Shown here in pieces: positions 40,201 to 53,393 of a DNA stretch of 64,000 nucleotides (the first letter of the stretch is position 1; each line of letters opens with the position of its first letter). The stretch comes from Azolla caroliniana (Eukaryota > Plantae > Polypodiophyta): the NCBI GenBank assembly GCA_043228905.1, contig JBHGNT010000008.1, forward strand, positions 6,572,001-6,636,000. The letters run 5' to 3'. The notes beneath the pieces were generated by a model. The model ran no database searches. It was not told where the DNA came from and was given only the letters and a program-made list of their open reading frames with translations. The translations under genes and the position numbers were made by a program.

Positions 40201-43200
40201 GCCATCATCTCTAAATATCAAGTGTACAAGCTACCACTAATCTATCTTTCAGATGATCCTCAACTCTCTCTCTCTCTCTGATAAGGGTCCAGATCCATGT
40301 AAGACCCCAAGAAGATACGATATACGAAAAGGACGGGATGGAAGCACCCGAATAGCGTTAGAAGGGCGCACAAGGCACACAAAACGCAAGACCCATTTGA
40401 CATTCCATTTGATGTTGAAAATGGGAAACATGACCTATTACGCCATTTGATTGTGCAAGAGATCAATCTTATTAGAGAGGATATAGAAATAGCACTAAAA
40501 GAAGAAATGAAAGAGGAGATAGAGAAACAGAAAACAGAGTTGCATGCCTCTCTCAAGACTGAGTTATTAGAAAAGATGTGGAAAGACATAATAAGCCATG
40601 TGAAGAAATCACACTTAGAGCTCAAGGATGACATGACACAATACCTTAAGGATAAAATATCCTCAAGTAAGGTTGAGTTAGGAGCTATAAAAGTAGATTT
40701 AGAAAAAGGACAAGAAGCAGTGGAAAGATGCATCTCTACTATGAAAGCCAATGACACTAAGGAAATGCAAACATGGGCAGACATGGCCAAAGATCCAACG
40801 CTCAAGCTAAGCACGCCCAAAACGACATTAAAGCAAATGCCCCTTGGATAGAGGTAATGAAAAAGCAAAAAGGAACATTCATGGATAGGATAGCAATGAT
40901 GAATGCTACATTAGAAGATGAAGCCAAGAGGAAAGCTCGTGCGTTGCATGTACGAGTGGTTGGTTGGGCCGAAAAAGGAAGTCCACAAGAAGATGCCAAG
41001 AATCTCAAAACAAATATTGGAGCATCAAATATTCCATTTCCTTCGGCTTGGAGGGTGGGAAGAGATGAGTCTAGAGCTAAAGCCCTTATCATCCACTTCA
41101 TGGATATTGACAAGAAAAAAGCTTTCCTCTCTAAAAGAAAGGCACTCAAGGGTGAAAAAATATACTTAGATGACGATCTCACTCTAGCCCAAGTGGCACA
41201 CCGCAAAGAAAACATGCCACGAGTGCTTGATGCAAGAAATGAAGGAAAATGGGCCATTTATAGAGATGGCAAGGTCATTATTATAGAGAAGAGAACCGCA
41301 TGATGATATATGGCCTATGAGACTCTAGGCATGACCATATGGAATTGCAACAGCTCTCTACAAACAGATGTCGAATATTTTGAAGATACATTGAAAAACA
41401 TAGATATTGCTATGTATACATAGACTCACCAATGCATGGCTAGCAAACTCCCTAAGTTACAAGGATATAGCTGGAATTCAATATGTCGCCCCCAACCTCG
41501 GACACAAGGAAGCAATAGATATTCGGGAGGAGTGGTTGTGCTATACAAAAAGGAGCTCCATGATAGAGTGCATGTTGTCCATAAGGATGTAGATGCAAGC
41601 TACATGTGGATACAAATAAAAAGAGGGGATCTTAGGGAGTTATATATTGCAATTTGCTAATATGGGGGACATAATACGATCAAGAGATTTTAATGCACGA
41701 ACCAAAGATGAACAAACAACTATGTTTAACACCAACAAGGTTGTTTATGGATAAGTTATGGCAGAAAAGGTTGGTCTAAAGCAACAAGCTCAAGATATGA
41801 GTGCTATAACTGAATATGGAAAACACTTTCTAGCCTAGGGAAGTGCGCATGGATTTGTGATATACAATGGCTTGGATCAAGTGGTTTGACATTTTGGAAC
41901 CCAAAAGGGGGTGCAAGCACAATCGACTATCAAATGGGATCCCCATCTCTTATACCTGATATAAAAATGTTCACTATATCAGGTAGACCTATTGGCTTGG
42001 CAGCAGATCATGCATATCTATGCTTTGAGGTAAAGGATGGATGCACAAAGGATGTATATGCTAAGGGGAGTGGGCTAGCTAAGTATCTATTTACTCAAGA
42101 GACAATTGATGTGTATAGTTGTGGTGTATACAATGGCATGCTAGATTTGGATCCTTTCGCACCCCTTGAACTTACCCAAGGATTGTCCAAATCATTGCAT
42201 AAAGCTGCCACAAATGCCTTCCCTCACACAACGGCCAATCCCCCCAAACTTGGTAGAGTAACACAAAATAGTTGGTATGATGAGGAATGTCGTGATACAA
42301 GGAGATGCTTGCAACGTGATGTAACTCGGGGCATTTATACACACAACCAAGCAAGAGCAACCTTCCAACGCCTCGTAAGGAAGAAGAAGAGATTGTATTT
42401 GGCTAAATTTAAAGATCATTTGTATCGCTTGTTCCTAGGACAAGAGAGTAAAAGAGCATGGAAAATGTTTAATGAAAGGCAACCCACCACACAATTGACC
42501 TCACCTCAGGTGTGGCATGAATATGCAAAGGTTCTATATGATATCTCGGGGCAACCTCCTCTTCCCCACCCGAATGTCGCACGTCCACATGAATCAACCT
42601 TCTTTACACTACAAAATGTAAGAAATGCCATTGATCGGATACAATTTGGGAAGGCCCAAGATCATGATGGATTGGTGGGTGAGCACTTTATCTATGCATG
42701 TGACATCTTGCTTCCATTGCTAGCACACATCTTTAATAGAGCCATGTGTCAAGGTTTCCCTACTAGATGGACTCAGCATACCATTGTGCCAATCCTCAAG
42801 AGTGGAGACCCCATGATGCCAAGCAACTATAGGACAATCATGATTGGCCATTACTTGGCTAAACTATATGGATCAAATCTAGAATCAGAATTGAGTATAT
42901 GGGCAGAGCATAATGGTTGGCGTTCAGTTGGACAGGCAGGCTTTCGGAAGGGGTTCACAACTTTGGATCACATATTGACCCTCCGGGCCCTTATTGAGGA
43001 GGGCGGAGCCCACAATAAGAGGATTTATTGCTGCTTTGTGGATTTCCGAAAAGCCTTTGACATTGTGCCACGTGCTCGGCTTATGCAACGGCTTGTGTTC
43101 CTACCGATATGCATTGGGGAATCTATGCACTTTATGAATCCATGTCAAGAAAAGTGCAATCTTCGAAGGGCTTGTCAAAGGCGGTGGCTAGCACAATTGG

Positions 43201-46098
43201 AGTGAAGCAAGGATGCCCACTATCCCCCACTCTCTTCGGTCTCTATATAGATGAGGTATCAAAAATTACATACAAATATTACTATATGCTGATGACATTG
43301 TGTTGATTTCTGACTCTCCAGAAGGACTACAAAGACATCTAAATGTCTTTAAACTATTTTGTACGGACAAAGGTATGTCAATCAACATGGACAAAACTAA
43401 AGTGATGGTATTTAACACCACTCAAGCATGGGTAACAAGATCAGAACCAAAATTCTTCTTGGGAGAGGAAAAGGTGGAATACACACTCCTACACATACCT
43501 AGGAGTAACATTTACAAGACCTAGGTTCTCCTTACAGGAGGTTGCTTGTGCCCGACTTTCTCGTGGATATGCAACCCTTGGTGCTCTTGAGAGACGATGT
43601 GCACATTTGCAGTTCCAAGAGCCACGGACTAAGCTATGGTTATTTGATACACTTGCCACACCAACTCTTCTCTATTCTAGTAGAAACATGGGGACCGAGT
43701 CTTAACAAGGTAAATCATTGGAAAGATTTAGAGAGACCTTTATTGTCAATGATTGCTCGCATGATAAGGAGCAAAGCATCGGTGCCCCACGATATAATCC
43801 AGGCAGAGATGGGAGCAGCACCTATAATAATCGAGGCACTATTCCGATCAATGACATTTATCCAACGTCTTTGGGAGCTCCTGAAACAAAGGTACCCAAG
43901 GTTGGCACTTATGTCATCAAGACAACTGGCCGAAAATGGAGACTTAAAACTATTTTGTACTAACAAAGGTCTATCAATAAACATGGATAAAACTAAAGTG
44001 ATGGTGTTCAACACCACTCAAGCATGGGTAACAAGATCAGAACTAGAATTCTTCTTGGGAGAGGAAAAGGTGGAATACACATGCTCCTACACATACCTAG
44101 GAGTAACATTTACAGGGCCTAGGTTCTCCGTAGGGGAGGCTGCTTGTGCCTAGCTTTCTCGTGGATATGTTGCAATTGGTGCCCTCGAGAGACAATGTGC
44201 ACATTTGCAGTTCCAAGAGCCATGAACTAAGTTGTGGTTATTTGATACACTTGTCACACCAACTCTTCTCTATGGAGTAGAAACATGGGGATCGAGTCTT
44301 AACAAGGCGAATCATTGGAAAGATTTAGAGAGACCATTAGTGTCAATGATTGCTTGCATGATAAGGAGCAAAGCATTGGTGCCCCATGATATAATCCAGG
44401 CAGATATGGGAGCAGCACCTATAATCACCGAGGCATTGTTCTGATCATGACATGTATCCAACATCTATGGGACCCAAGGTTGGAACTTATGTCATCAAGA
44501 CAACTGGTTGAAAATGGAGGCATTCATTGTTAGTATGCTGAAATGCAGCAATGGTTCGAGTCAAATGGCATGAGTATAAATGCACTACCCCCATTCCAAT
44601 ATAGCTTGGACTCTCCCCATCTAAATATGACCAAAGTGGAAAATAATAGAGTGATTCGAACTAATATTATTAACTTGGAAAACAAGATAGCATGGATCAG
44701 CCCCAATATTTCACTTGGTACAAAGATGGCCCACTACAAGACACACTTCTTACACACATCAAAGGATGGATTCATCAGTGGGCCACCTTATCTAGGAATA
44801 CATCTATCCTATGCGTTGCGCAATGTGATAGGGCAGCTGAGAACTTCATCACATCAGTTAGAGATTGAGGTAGGCAAATATACATGTATACCTATAGAAG
44901 AAACAATTTGCCAATTGTGTCATCAAGGAGTGGAATTCGAAGAACACTATGTTTGTCATTGTAGTGTCTTTTATGAAATCAGTGGGAGATACCATTGCCT
45001 CTTTAAACAAGGCTTTGGCCCACTACACAAGGTAATGGAATATGAGAACCAACGGTGCCTAGGACTTTTATTGCTAGAACTCAAGAGACATAGGGAACAG
45101 TTGTTGAAGGACAATAATACAACCACACAAGCTCATCCACAAAGGACAATCACAACTATCTTTAGCCCCATCACTCCAATGCTACGAGTCAATCAAGGTG
45201 TTAAGAATCTATTACTAATCAATAGACCAAAATAAAGTAAAAAGAAGGAAAATAGATTGTATAGAAGAACCCGTTCCAACCTTGAGCTATGATCTAGACA
45301 TGGCCAACCTACCACCGACGTCCCATACCGCCGGATATTAGGATGACTAATTCCTTGGAAAAAATAACACGATCGTCGAGACGAAAGCCTAGCCCGCACC
45401 ACCGGTGGCTAAGACAGCAACCTTTCGACGTAATGTGCCTATGAGGGTAGCTAAGCCTCATATTTATACCTCTCCCTAGGCCCCTTAAATAGATGTGCCT
45501 TTCTAAAGGACTCTCCATTCATTGGTTGTCCAAATCATGATAGTGCATGCACCTATCATTCCTTCTATCCAATCACATTAGTCCCTTTTTAACATATCAT
45601 TAGTGAACATACCCTTCACTTATGTAAATATTAGTGACCTACCCTCACCTACGTTATATGTACATAACATAAGGGAATACACAAATGGGCTCTCGACCAG
45701 GACATGACAAAGGGGTTACAATAGATCAAGCAATAGCAATTTGTCGTGCACGTAGGCCCCAAACAATGGACCACGTCCGCAACACCCTTGTCATCGACAA
45801 ATAAAGGCCATTATCTCCCATCATCACAGGTGCTTACCTTGCTTAGGAGACCTCTCCATTCTGGATCAACCTATGCTAGAGACCTTTCGAAGACAAAAGT
45901 TACAATATATCAAACTTGAGAACCTCACATGCACCGAAAACCAGATTCCCTCATCTATTTTTATCTTATTTACTTTTATATTTACTGAGTAATACTTATT
46001 CTATTTTGATTTGTTGTTCTCAAAGGCGAGACAACATTTAAGATGTAATCTCTTGTTTGGTCTTATAGGCCATTTTGGCCTCTTAAAAGACTTTAATA

Positions 46099-46167
<69 letters not shown>

Positions 46168-49100
46168 GCATGATAACTAGAGTGCATACAACCAAACCCA
46201 TCATGTGCAACACAAGCACCAGATTTTATGCTAAGGACAAAATTGTATAGGTTGTGTTGCTCTATGCTGGATGCGACAAAATATGTCAAATAATTTGAGA
46301 AACTGATGTATCAGTACTCACAACTCAATGCATCCAGAATGCAGATGAAAAACTTTTGAATCACCCGACCCTTTAAGAGTAAATACAATCATTTTTCTCT
46401 ACAAGAAGTTCACATTCAACCAAACTGCTATTCAACAAGGAAGTTGCATAATATAAAGCTTAAAGATGCCAAACATGCCAATGGTATCATGGGACAAAAT
46501 ATTCTCCAAATTGCATAACATGTTTTGCAAATAAGCCCAACATAATACTTGAGGGAATATGTTACCTCTAAATAAAATTGGCCATTACTTCGTTACTGGT
46601 TAGGTCTAACACCAACTTCTATGGATAGTTTCCAGAAATGCCAGTTTTGTTTGAATTTAAAGATAGAGTTACTTGTAAAAAAGGGCATCTAAGTTCGTAG
46701 CACATATTCACATTGATTATCCTATTTTTGCTCTTGAATGATAGGAATGAGAGAAAGGTATTTATATCCACTACTTATGTTTTCATTTATATATTTCTAT
46801 TTATGTTATAATTGCATTCGTCCACATTCATATTTTACATGTTTATATTTTATCTTAACTTTATAGACTACCTTCATGCTGCATTAACATTTATATTTAT
46901 ATTTATATTTTCAGTTTTCATCATATATCAAGAATAAACACTTGAGCTGAAACCAACCTGGTTTCTTGTCTTCCTTTCCCTCTCAAACCCTGCTAAGTCG
47001 GCAATTGTCAATGTTGCACGTTTGGAATAGACTGTTAAATGTTCATCCTTTGAAACCTTTTCTTCACTTATAGAAATATTAATGATGCAGTGTGATCGAC
47101 TGTCAAAAAAAAGTCTGGATTAGAATAGTGCAGAAATAGTTATTCACAATCAAAAATATCCAAGCATGTCAGGAAAAATAATGGATTAAAATAAGATAGG
47201 AATAATTATTCACCTTCAAGAACATAAAAAACAATATCCAAGCATGAACCCAGCCAAGGTGTTCAGCATATAATGTCTCTGAACTTTTAGGTTTCTATAG
47301 AAATAAAGCCCTATAAGGAGTAGATGATATGTATGGTTCACGTTTCACCTATTACACAATTGCTCACCTCATTACAAATTTTTTAGAACATCGATTAAAT
47401 CATACAATATTCAAGATTTCTCTGAAGAAGGTGCAAATCTCACTTCAAAGAACTCTCCATCTTGGATCATCCCATGTTGGAGATCTTTCAAAGGTGTAAA
47501 TTTCTGTTTATCTAGGATCACAATGTTAAGTGCTTAGCTAACAAGAATATCTGGTACCTTAAACAGTTTACTAAATTTTCAAGAATTTCCTTGAAGGTAT
47601 TTACAGCCATTTTGGCCTCTTAGAGACGTTAATATATCTTCCTTTCTTTCTTTCGATATTTGGGCGTGTGGATTAGGCTCCATATGAACAATATGGAGTC
47701 CCATAGTCAACGCTACTATGATCAACTTCCGTGAGCAATCAATCATGTATCTAAAGTTTGACATAGGCAACCTTGTTCTCAAAGTCAACACATATATGAA
47801 GACCTTTTGGTCATCCTCGTGACATGGCTTTTACGATTTTAACATCAAGTTGAGATTTTCATAAATATGTAATAACGCAATAGTTCTCTACATAATTAGG
47901 CTTCCATATCTTTACACACCAATTGCTGATGATATGAAATTTGTTCTTGATGAATCTTTGTAATATCATAGAGACTGCAATTTTGCTACACGACTTAACT
48001 TTACCATCACATGAATTTGTATCCACACATATAAATGATCATAATTCTTAATTTGCTACATGAAAACCAGCATAGAATAAACTTCGATAGTCTCAGATGG
48101 GAACAAACCAGCACCTATGTGTGTGTCTATTTAAAGTAACAAATTAGGGATATCGAACAGTCTGCTTACTATCTTCACTAAAATGAACCTTGAACAACCA
48201 AAAACATCATTCTTGAAGTGTTCTTTCAGACTTCGAATTAATTGTGTGGCTTCACATTTCCTTGGAATTATCTTACCTAGAACAATGATTTGCTGCAGTA
48301 CTTGCAGTTGTCCTCCTTTGTAAGCCATTTAGTACAATGGAACTAGCTTCTTCTGCTGTTGATACAAAGGCCTGCATCCTTGGCATATCACATGTAGTCA
48401 TAAATACCGAATAAGTATATTAGGTGCAACAATATTATTTCACCACAAAAATATCCTTTTTCTTAGCAAAACAGGGCTGAGTATTAACTCTACAGAATTT
48501 TCATGTAGCCTAATTCTGATGGCAGTACAAATCATAGTATACACCACAGCTGAAGTCCAAATTGGCTATATCACTGAGAAATACCATGAAAAATAGACCA
48601 CAGAAGAGGTGTACATTCCAAATGATGACATCAAAATCAATGTCAGAGGAGGAGGGGACAGACCGCAAATTCATTACCTCATGCAAACCCTTAATTTGAT
48701 GTTGCTGTAGGTTAAGCTCAGCTCCATCTTGCAGCAAGTCCAAAATCTTTTCAGACCTGCCTCCTTGCTCTGAATATATCTCAAACATGGATATAACTAT
48801 CTTTCTGGATTCAGATTATAACAAAGAAAATATTAATGTTCTCCATTCAAGAAATTTTTTATGTTCCAGAAATAAGTCAAAGGTGTTATACTCACATTAA
48901 TGTAGAGTCAAATTCATGACTTGTTCCAAGTAAATACTGCAAACTTCTTGGAAGTAATCCAGGATCTTCAGGAGTTCCTAGCATAGTGTAAGTCTTACCA
49001 GCACTCGTAGGTCCCATGGCAACCACGAGTGAACTCTCTCCTCTTATCAAATCTACTAATCTTGGAAGAAGAATTGTGCTAAATACGTTATCCTGAGAGT

Positions 49101-52100
49101 CAAAGAAATGTCAGTATCATGACTTGTAACCCAAACTTGTTGGAAGTAATAAAATAGACCTTTCATTGAATATTGAGGTTTTATATGCTTTTTACTGATC
49201 AAATCTGGGTCTAAGCTATCCTACTAATAGACAAATCAAAACCACAAAGCTTTCAATTCTTATGAGAGATTGGTAAAATAAGTATTGGGGTATTTTCAGA
49301 GTGTGGATTAAGCATGTACAAGTCACATGTGGATATACAATTGCAAATGCAGGGGTGTGTGGGAACATGTGTCTATATGTAAGTAGCATTTGTGTGTTGT
49401 TTAAAACAACACTAATACTCAGACAATCCAAAAACTAAATAAGAGACAATGCAAAGTCAAGGATCCAATTTGCTGCCATAATTACGTTGGAGGGTGGCAG
49501 CTCTAGACTTGCACTCTCTTTAATCTTTATTATCTCTCTTCTACATTCTCTCTCTTCCTAGATTCTTCTCTCTCTAGAATCCACAACTTTTTAAATCCTT
49601 TCTCTCTCTAGAATCTGCAACACTTTAAGTGCCTTCTCTCTCTTCCTCTTTTTCCAAGATATTCCCTCTTATTCCTAGTTTATTGTACCTGTTTGGTAGT
49701 ACAAGAGTCACTTAACTACCAAACAACCATTTCACCCACGTTCCCCAATTTTGTATAAATAGGCTATACCAACCTCTTTTGTAAAGACTTTATTTTAGCT
49801 GCTACTCAAAAACAAGCTCTTCTCTTTGGTTGTGTCTCTACTCTTTGCAACCATTTTTGCTACTGCTGTCTAACAGCCTTCGCACAGCTTGGCTGTGTCT
49901 ATTTTGTTCTAACAACTATTCCACTGCTGCTATTAACAGCTTTTCTCACATGGTATTAGAGCAATGAGGTCTCCATAGCCTCATCCTGATTTTTTTGCCA
50001 AAGAGCACACAGACCTATCTTCTTTTATCCCACTCTCCCACCCTTAAGAGGAGTTTTTTCTTTTCTTTGCAACCTCCCTCCCAAACCTACAAAGGAGGTT
50101 CTTTTTTTTTCCCCTCATCTAAGCCACCATCGTTTCATCAACCATTCCCCAACTCCCCAAAGAGTCCATCTTGGATGGGAACAATTACTTAAATTGGGAA
50201 CTGCAGATAAAGACCTTGCTACAGTACCATCGTCTATGAAATGTAGTCAATGGTATTGAGAAGAAACCACCAGTAACTTCATCCTCTTCAACCAAATAAT
50301 TTATTGGCTCATCTAAAGCTGAGATTGAAGCTTGGCTAGATAAGGATTCTCATGCTCATGCTTTCCTCATGTTTAATATTAAACTGAGCATCGCCCGTCA
50401 ATTTCAAGATACAAATGAAGAGACAGCCAATGAACTATGGGCTGCCATCAAAAACAGGTATCATTGAGCTAATCATGCTCAAATGATAGCTATTGAGAGC
50501 CAACTAGCAAATCTCAAGATTCATGACACTCCCAACATCATGGATCAAATAACGCAATTTGTTACTCTCCAAAAGGGAACTAGTTTCTTTGAGAAACAAG
50601 TCAACCAAAGTTGAGTTTGTGCATCGTCTAATGATCAAGTTGCATGAGACATTCTCAGCCTTTTGAGACACAATTTCTCTTCTTCCCAACACACCTGATA
50701 TGAATACATTTCTTGGCATACTACAAGATAGGGCAACAAGGAAGAAATGAGGCGCTTCTACATGCGAAAAGTAAAGGCAAGTGGAAGCAAAATAGAAACT
50801 CCTACAACAAACCCAATCCAAGACCACCAAACAACCCAGCCTACAAAGGTCACATTCAGCCCGACTGTCAGAAAAAGAAAAGGGACAATGCCAAGAAATC
50901 TTCTTCTACCAAAAGTCAACCAACACCAAAATCAAACTCGGCCCACTCAGCCAAAGGATAAGCATAAGGCACGTCTAGTTGCAAAAGGCTATTCACAAGT
51001 CGAAGGAGTGTCTATTTTGTTCTAACAACTATTCCACTGTTGCTATTAACAGATTTTCTCACAAATTATACAAATATCTCATGAAGAGCTGCATTAGTGT
51101 TGCCCAATAGGAATTTAAACAATTTGCAGAAACTCTGTCCAAAAAAAAAGATTTAGAAAATAAAATAAAACAGGATCCAAGTCAACCAAAGAGTCTTACG
51201 CAACACAAAATTAGAATTTTAAAGGTAATGAATTGATAAAACGGCAAAGCTTTAGTCAATATATAAATCTATACAGATATAACAGATAAACAATAGCCTT
51301 TTGCTGTATTTTATTAATTTGGAGGCTTAAAGTAATTAAGCTTTTATAATGTGTGTGCACATAATCATCATGAAATAGATACATAAGATGGTTGCACATT
51401 CTTGTTATGTCTCAAAACAGATAGAGTAGCGTGTGTATGCCCTCTTCTTTAAATGTTTCCAGCATGAGGAAAGATATAGTGGTCTACTGATTTTTTCCTT
51501 GAAATCATATTTGAATCAAATTCTTAACTTAACCTTAAACGTTAGGACGTTACTCACCTGACTAGAATTAGGACTGAAAATGTGCGAGAAACCATTAAAT
51601 TCCTCCACTTTAGATCTACGAAGACCCGATAGTGATGGAGGTGGAACAAGAGTAACAGAATCAGATCCATGGTGAAGACATACATCACTAGCATTCAATG
51701 ATGCTTTCGCTTCCACTGGATTAGGGTGTTTCCAACTCTGTATGCTTCTGATTAGACTATCTCCGATCTTTTGTGACCTTTTCATGGTCTTTATTGTTCT
51801 ATTAACACGTGCAGGTCTGATGCGAAGATAAACATGCATCTTTTTTGAAGAAGATGAAACCTTTGATGGATTTCCCTTTTCAGAAGAGACATTAGCAGAA
51901 GGATTTTCCATGTCAGAAGGAGTCATAAGAGACTTCGTAACACTATCAATGCTTGTTGGTTCAGACGGAATCATAATAGATTCAATAACTCCATCAAGGC
52001 TCGAGGATCTTTCTTCAATAACATGTGTGGGTTCAGACGGAAGCATTGAAGATTTTGTGGTTAGATGAAAACTAGAGGGGCTTCCTTGAATCACATTTCC

Positions 52101-52898
52101 AGATTCTGAAGGAATCAAAAAAGATTCTGAAACTGAATCACCGTCCAAGGAGCTATCTTGATTCACGTTTGCAGATTTGGAAGAAATTGCAAAATATCCT
52201 GGAACCTGATCATTGTCTGTAGTTTTGGAAAGGATCATATCAGACTCCATAACAGGATCAACGCATGAGGATATTTTTTGACTTGCAATCTCTGCAGTTC
52301 CAGGGGAATTCACAAAGTATTTGACAGCACAATCAGCAATCCCGACAGATTCCATGCTACAGTTATTAACACATGAGGATGCTTCTTGAATTGCATTCTC
52401 CAAAGTTCTGGAAGGAATCGCTGAAGCCTCTGTAACTTGATGAACGCATGAGGATCGTCCTTGGGTCACATTCTTAAAAGCTTCAGAAGATTCTGTGACA
52501 CAATCAACCCTGGGGAAACTTTCCTGAATCATATTCACAGTTTCAAGATTGGTTGAACCAGAAGAAGAACCAAATCCTCCAACCAATACATGTTCACGCT
52601 CTTCAGATGCCACTTGTGGTAAAGAATGACTGATAGGCCGAGAAACCACCGTTGGGAAAAGAGATTCTGCATCCTTCAGAAGGACATGTTTTTCTTTCTG
52701 ATTCAATCGAGAAGGCGGAGGAGGCTGTTTCGATGATCTCGACGGTATAGAGTTCTCGAAGGAAGGAAGGAGAGCTTTACCTTCCGAAATGATGAACCGT
52801 TTGTGAACACTGTTGGAAGATTTGGCTTCAGTTTTTCCTGCAGAGACCATTCTGGCCTTCCTTGGGGGGTTTCGTCTTAGAGACATGGGAGTCTCCAT
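34204..52898 (-). CDS. KIN6: Kinesin-6 family motor protein (multi-exon). Motor exons approx. 52898-51558, 49092-48896, ~48805-48678, ~48372-48278, ~47100-46958, ~39901-39836, ~39744-39682, ~39600-39550, ~39473-39391; then long tail exons to a stop at 34204
   Basis: VYLRIRP, SKVEEFNGFSHIFSPNSSQ, P-loop GPTSAGKT, MFEIYSE...EKILDLL, NHCSSRSHC, IADLAGFERE, ESNFINNTSMVFGQCLR, LLEHQKNPKKALQKHFQ, LTRYLK, EEDYLDT and C-terminal RRKLQP match plant KIN-6 as I recall it. Confidence 0.88.
40250..46167 (+). mobile_element. Near full-length degraded non-L1 LINE (RTEX-like) in a kinesin intron, antisense to the host gene
   Basis: ORF1-like coiled-coil plus KIYLDDDLT domain (40447-41303). ORF2: APE (IWNCN, DFNART, STIDY, ADH), RT (NYRTIM, QAGFRKG, FVDFRKAFD, GVKQGCPLSP, YADD, YLGV) and C-terminal RTSSHQLEIE..C..C..E..EH....C. 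Ends in a (TTTC)n tail at 46101-46167. The 5' boundary is approximate. Confidence 0.88.
47606..47654 (+). mobile_element. ~50-bp 5'-truncated copy of the same LINE 3' end
   Basis: gccattttggcctctta.agac.ttaatatatctt.ctttctttc matches 46069-46115. Confidence 0.65.
49485..51063 (+). mobile_element. Internally deleted Ty1/copia element in kinesin intron 1
   Basis: 5' LTR 49485-49950, Met PBS tggtattagagc (49951-49962), decayed gag, KHKARLVAKGYSQVEG RT scrap, last ~56 bp of the 3' LTR (51008-51063), TSD aatta on both sides. Confidence 0.88.
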
Positions 52899-53296
52899 CG
52901 CTGCTGCTGCTGCTATTCTTTGCTTCCAATTCCACTTCTATGGATTATTCGGGCTCCATCTTTCATTCTTCCTTGCTCATTTTCTTCTTTCCAAAAGTGA
53001 TGAAGCCAGAAATACCTCTTTCTTTCTTCATCTTCTTCTTCATCGGTCGCCTTCTTCTGTCTGCCTGTCTGTCTGTCTGTCTGTCTTTCTTTCTTTCTTT
53101 CTTTCTTTCTTCCTTCCTTCCTTCCTTCCTTCCTTCTGCTGCTGCTGCTACTGGTTTTTCCGATCCTTCAGAGACAGAAGCTTTCTCTGCGGATCATCTA
53201 TCTGAATCCCTTTCGTCGCCTTCCTCTGCATCAATGGGAATGGGATGGATGGAGATGAGTGGCGCTCGCAAATTTGAATTTGAATTTGAATTTGAT

Positions 53297-53357
53297 GGGC
53301 GGATCAAATGCAAATATGCAGAACTACATAGACAGAACCACAAGATTTTGCCCACCA

Positions 53358-53393
<36 letters not shown>

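Noticed and set aside
45330-45400. Hammerhead ribozyme in the LINE 3' region (gatga...cgaaa)
   Set aside because: The CUGAUGA core is absent and no convincing stems were found by eye.
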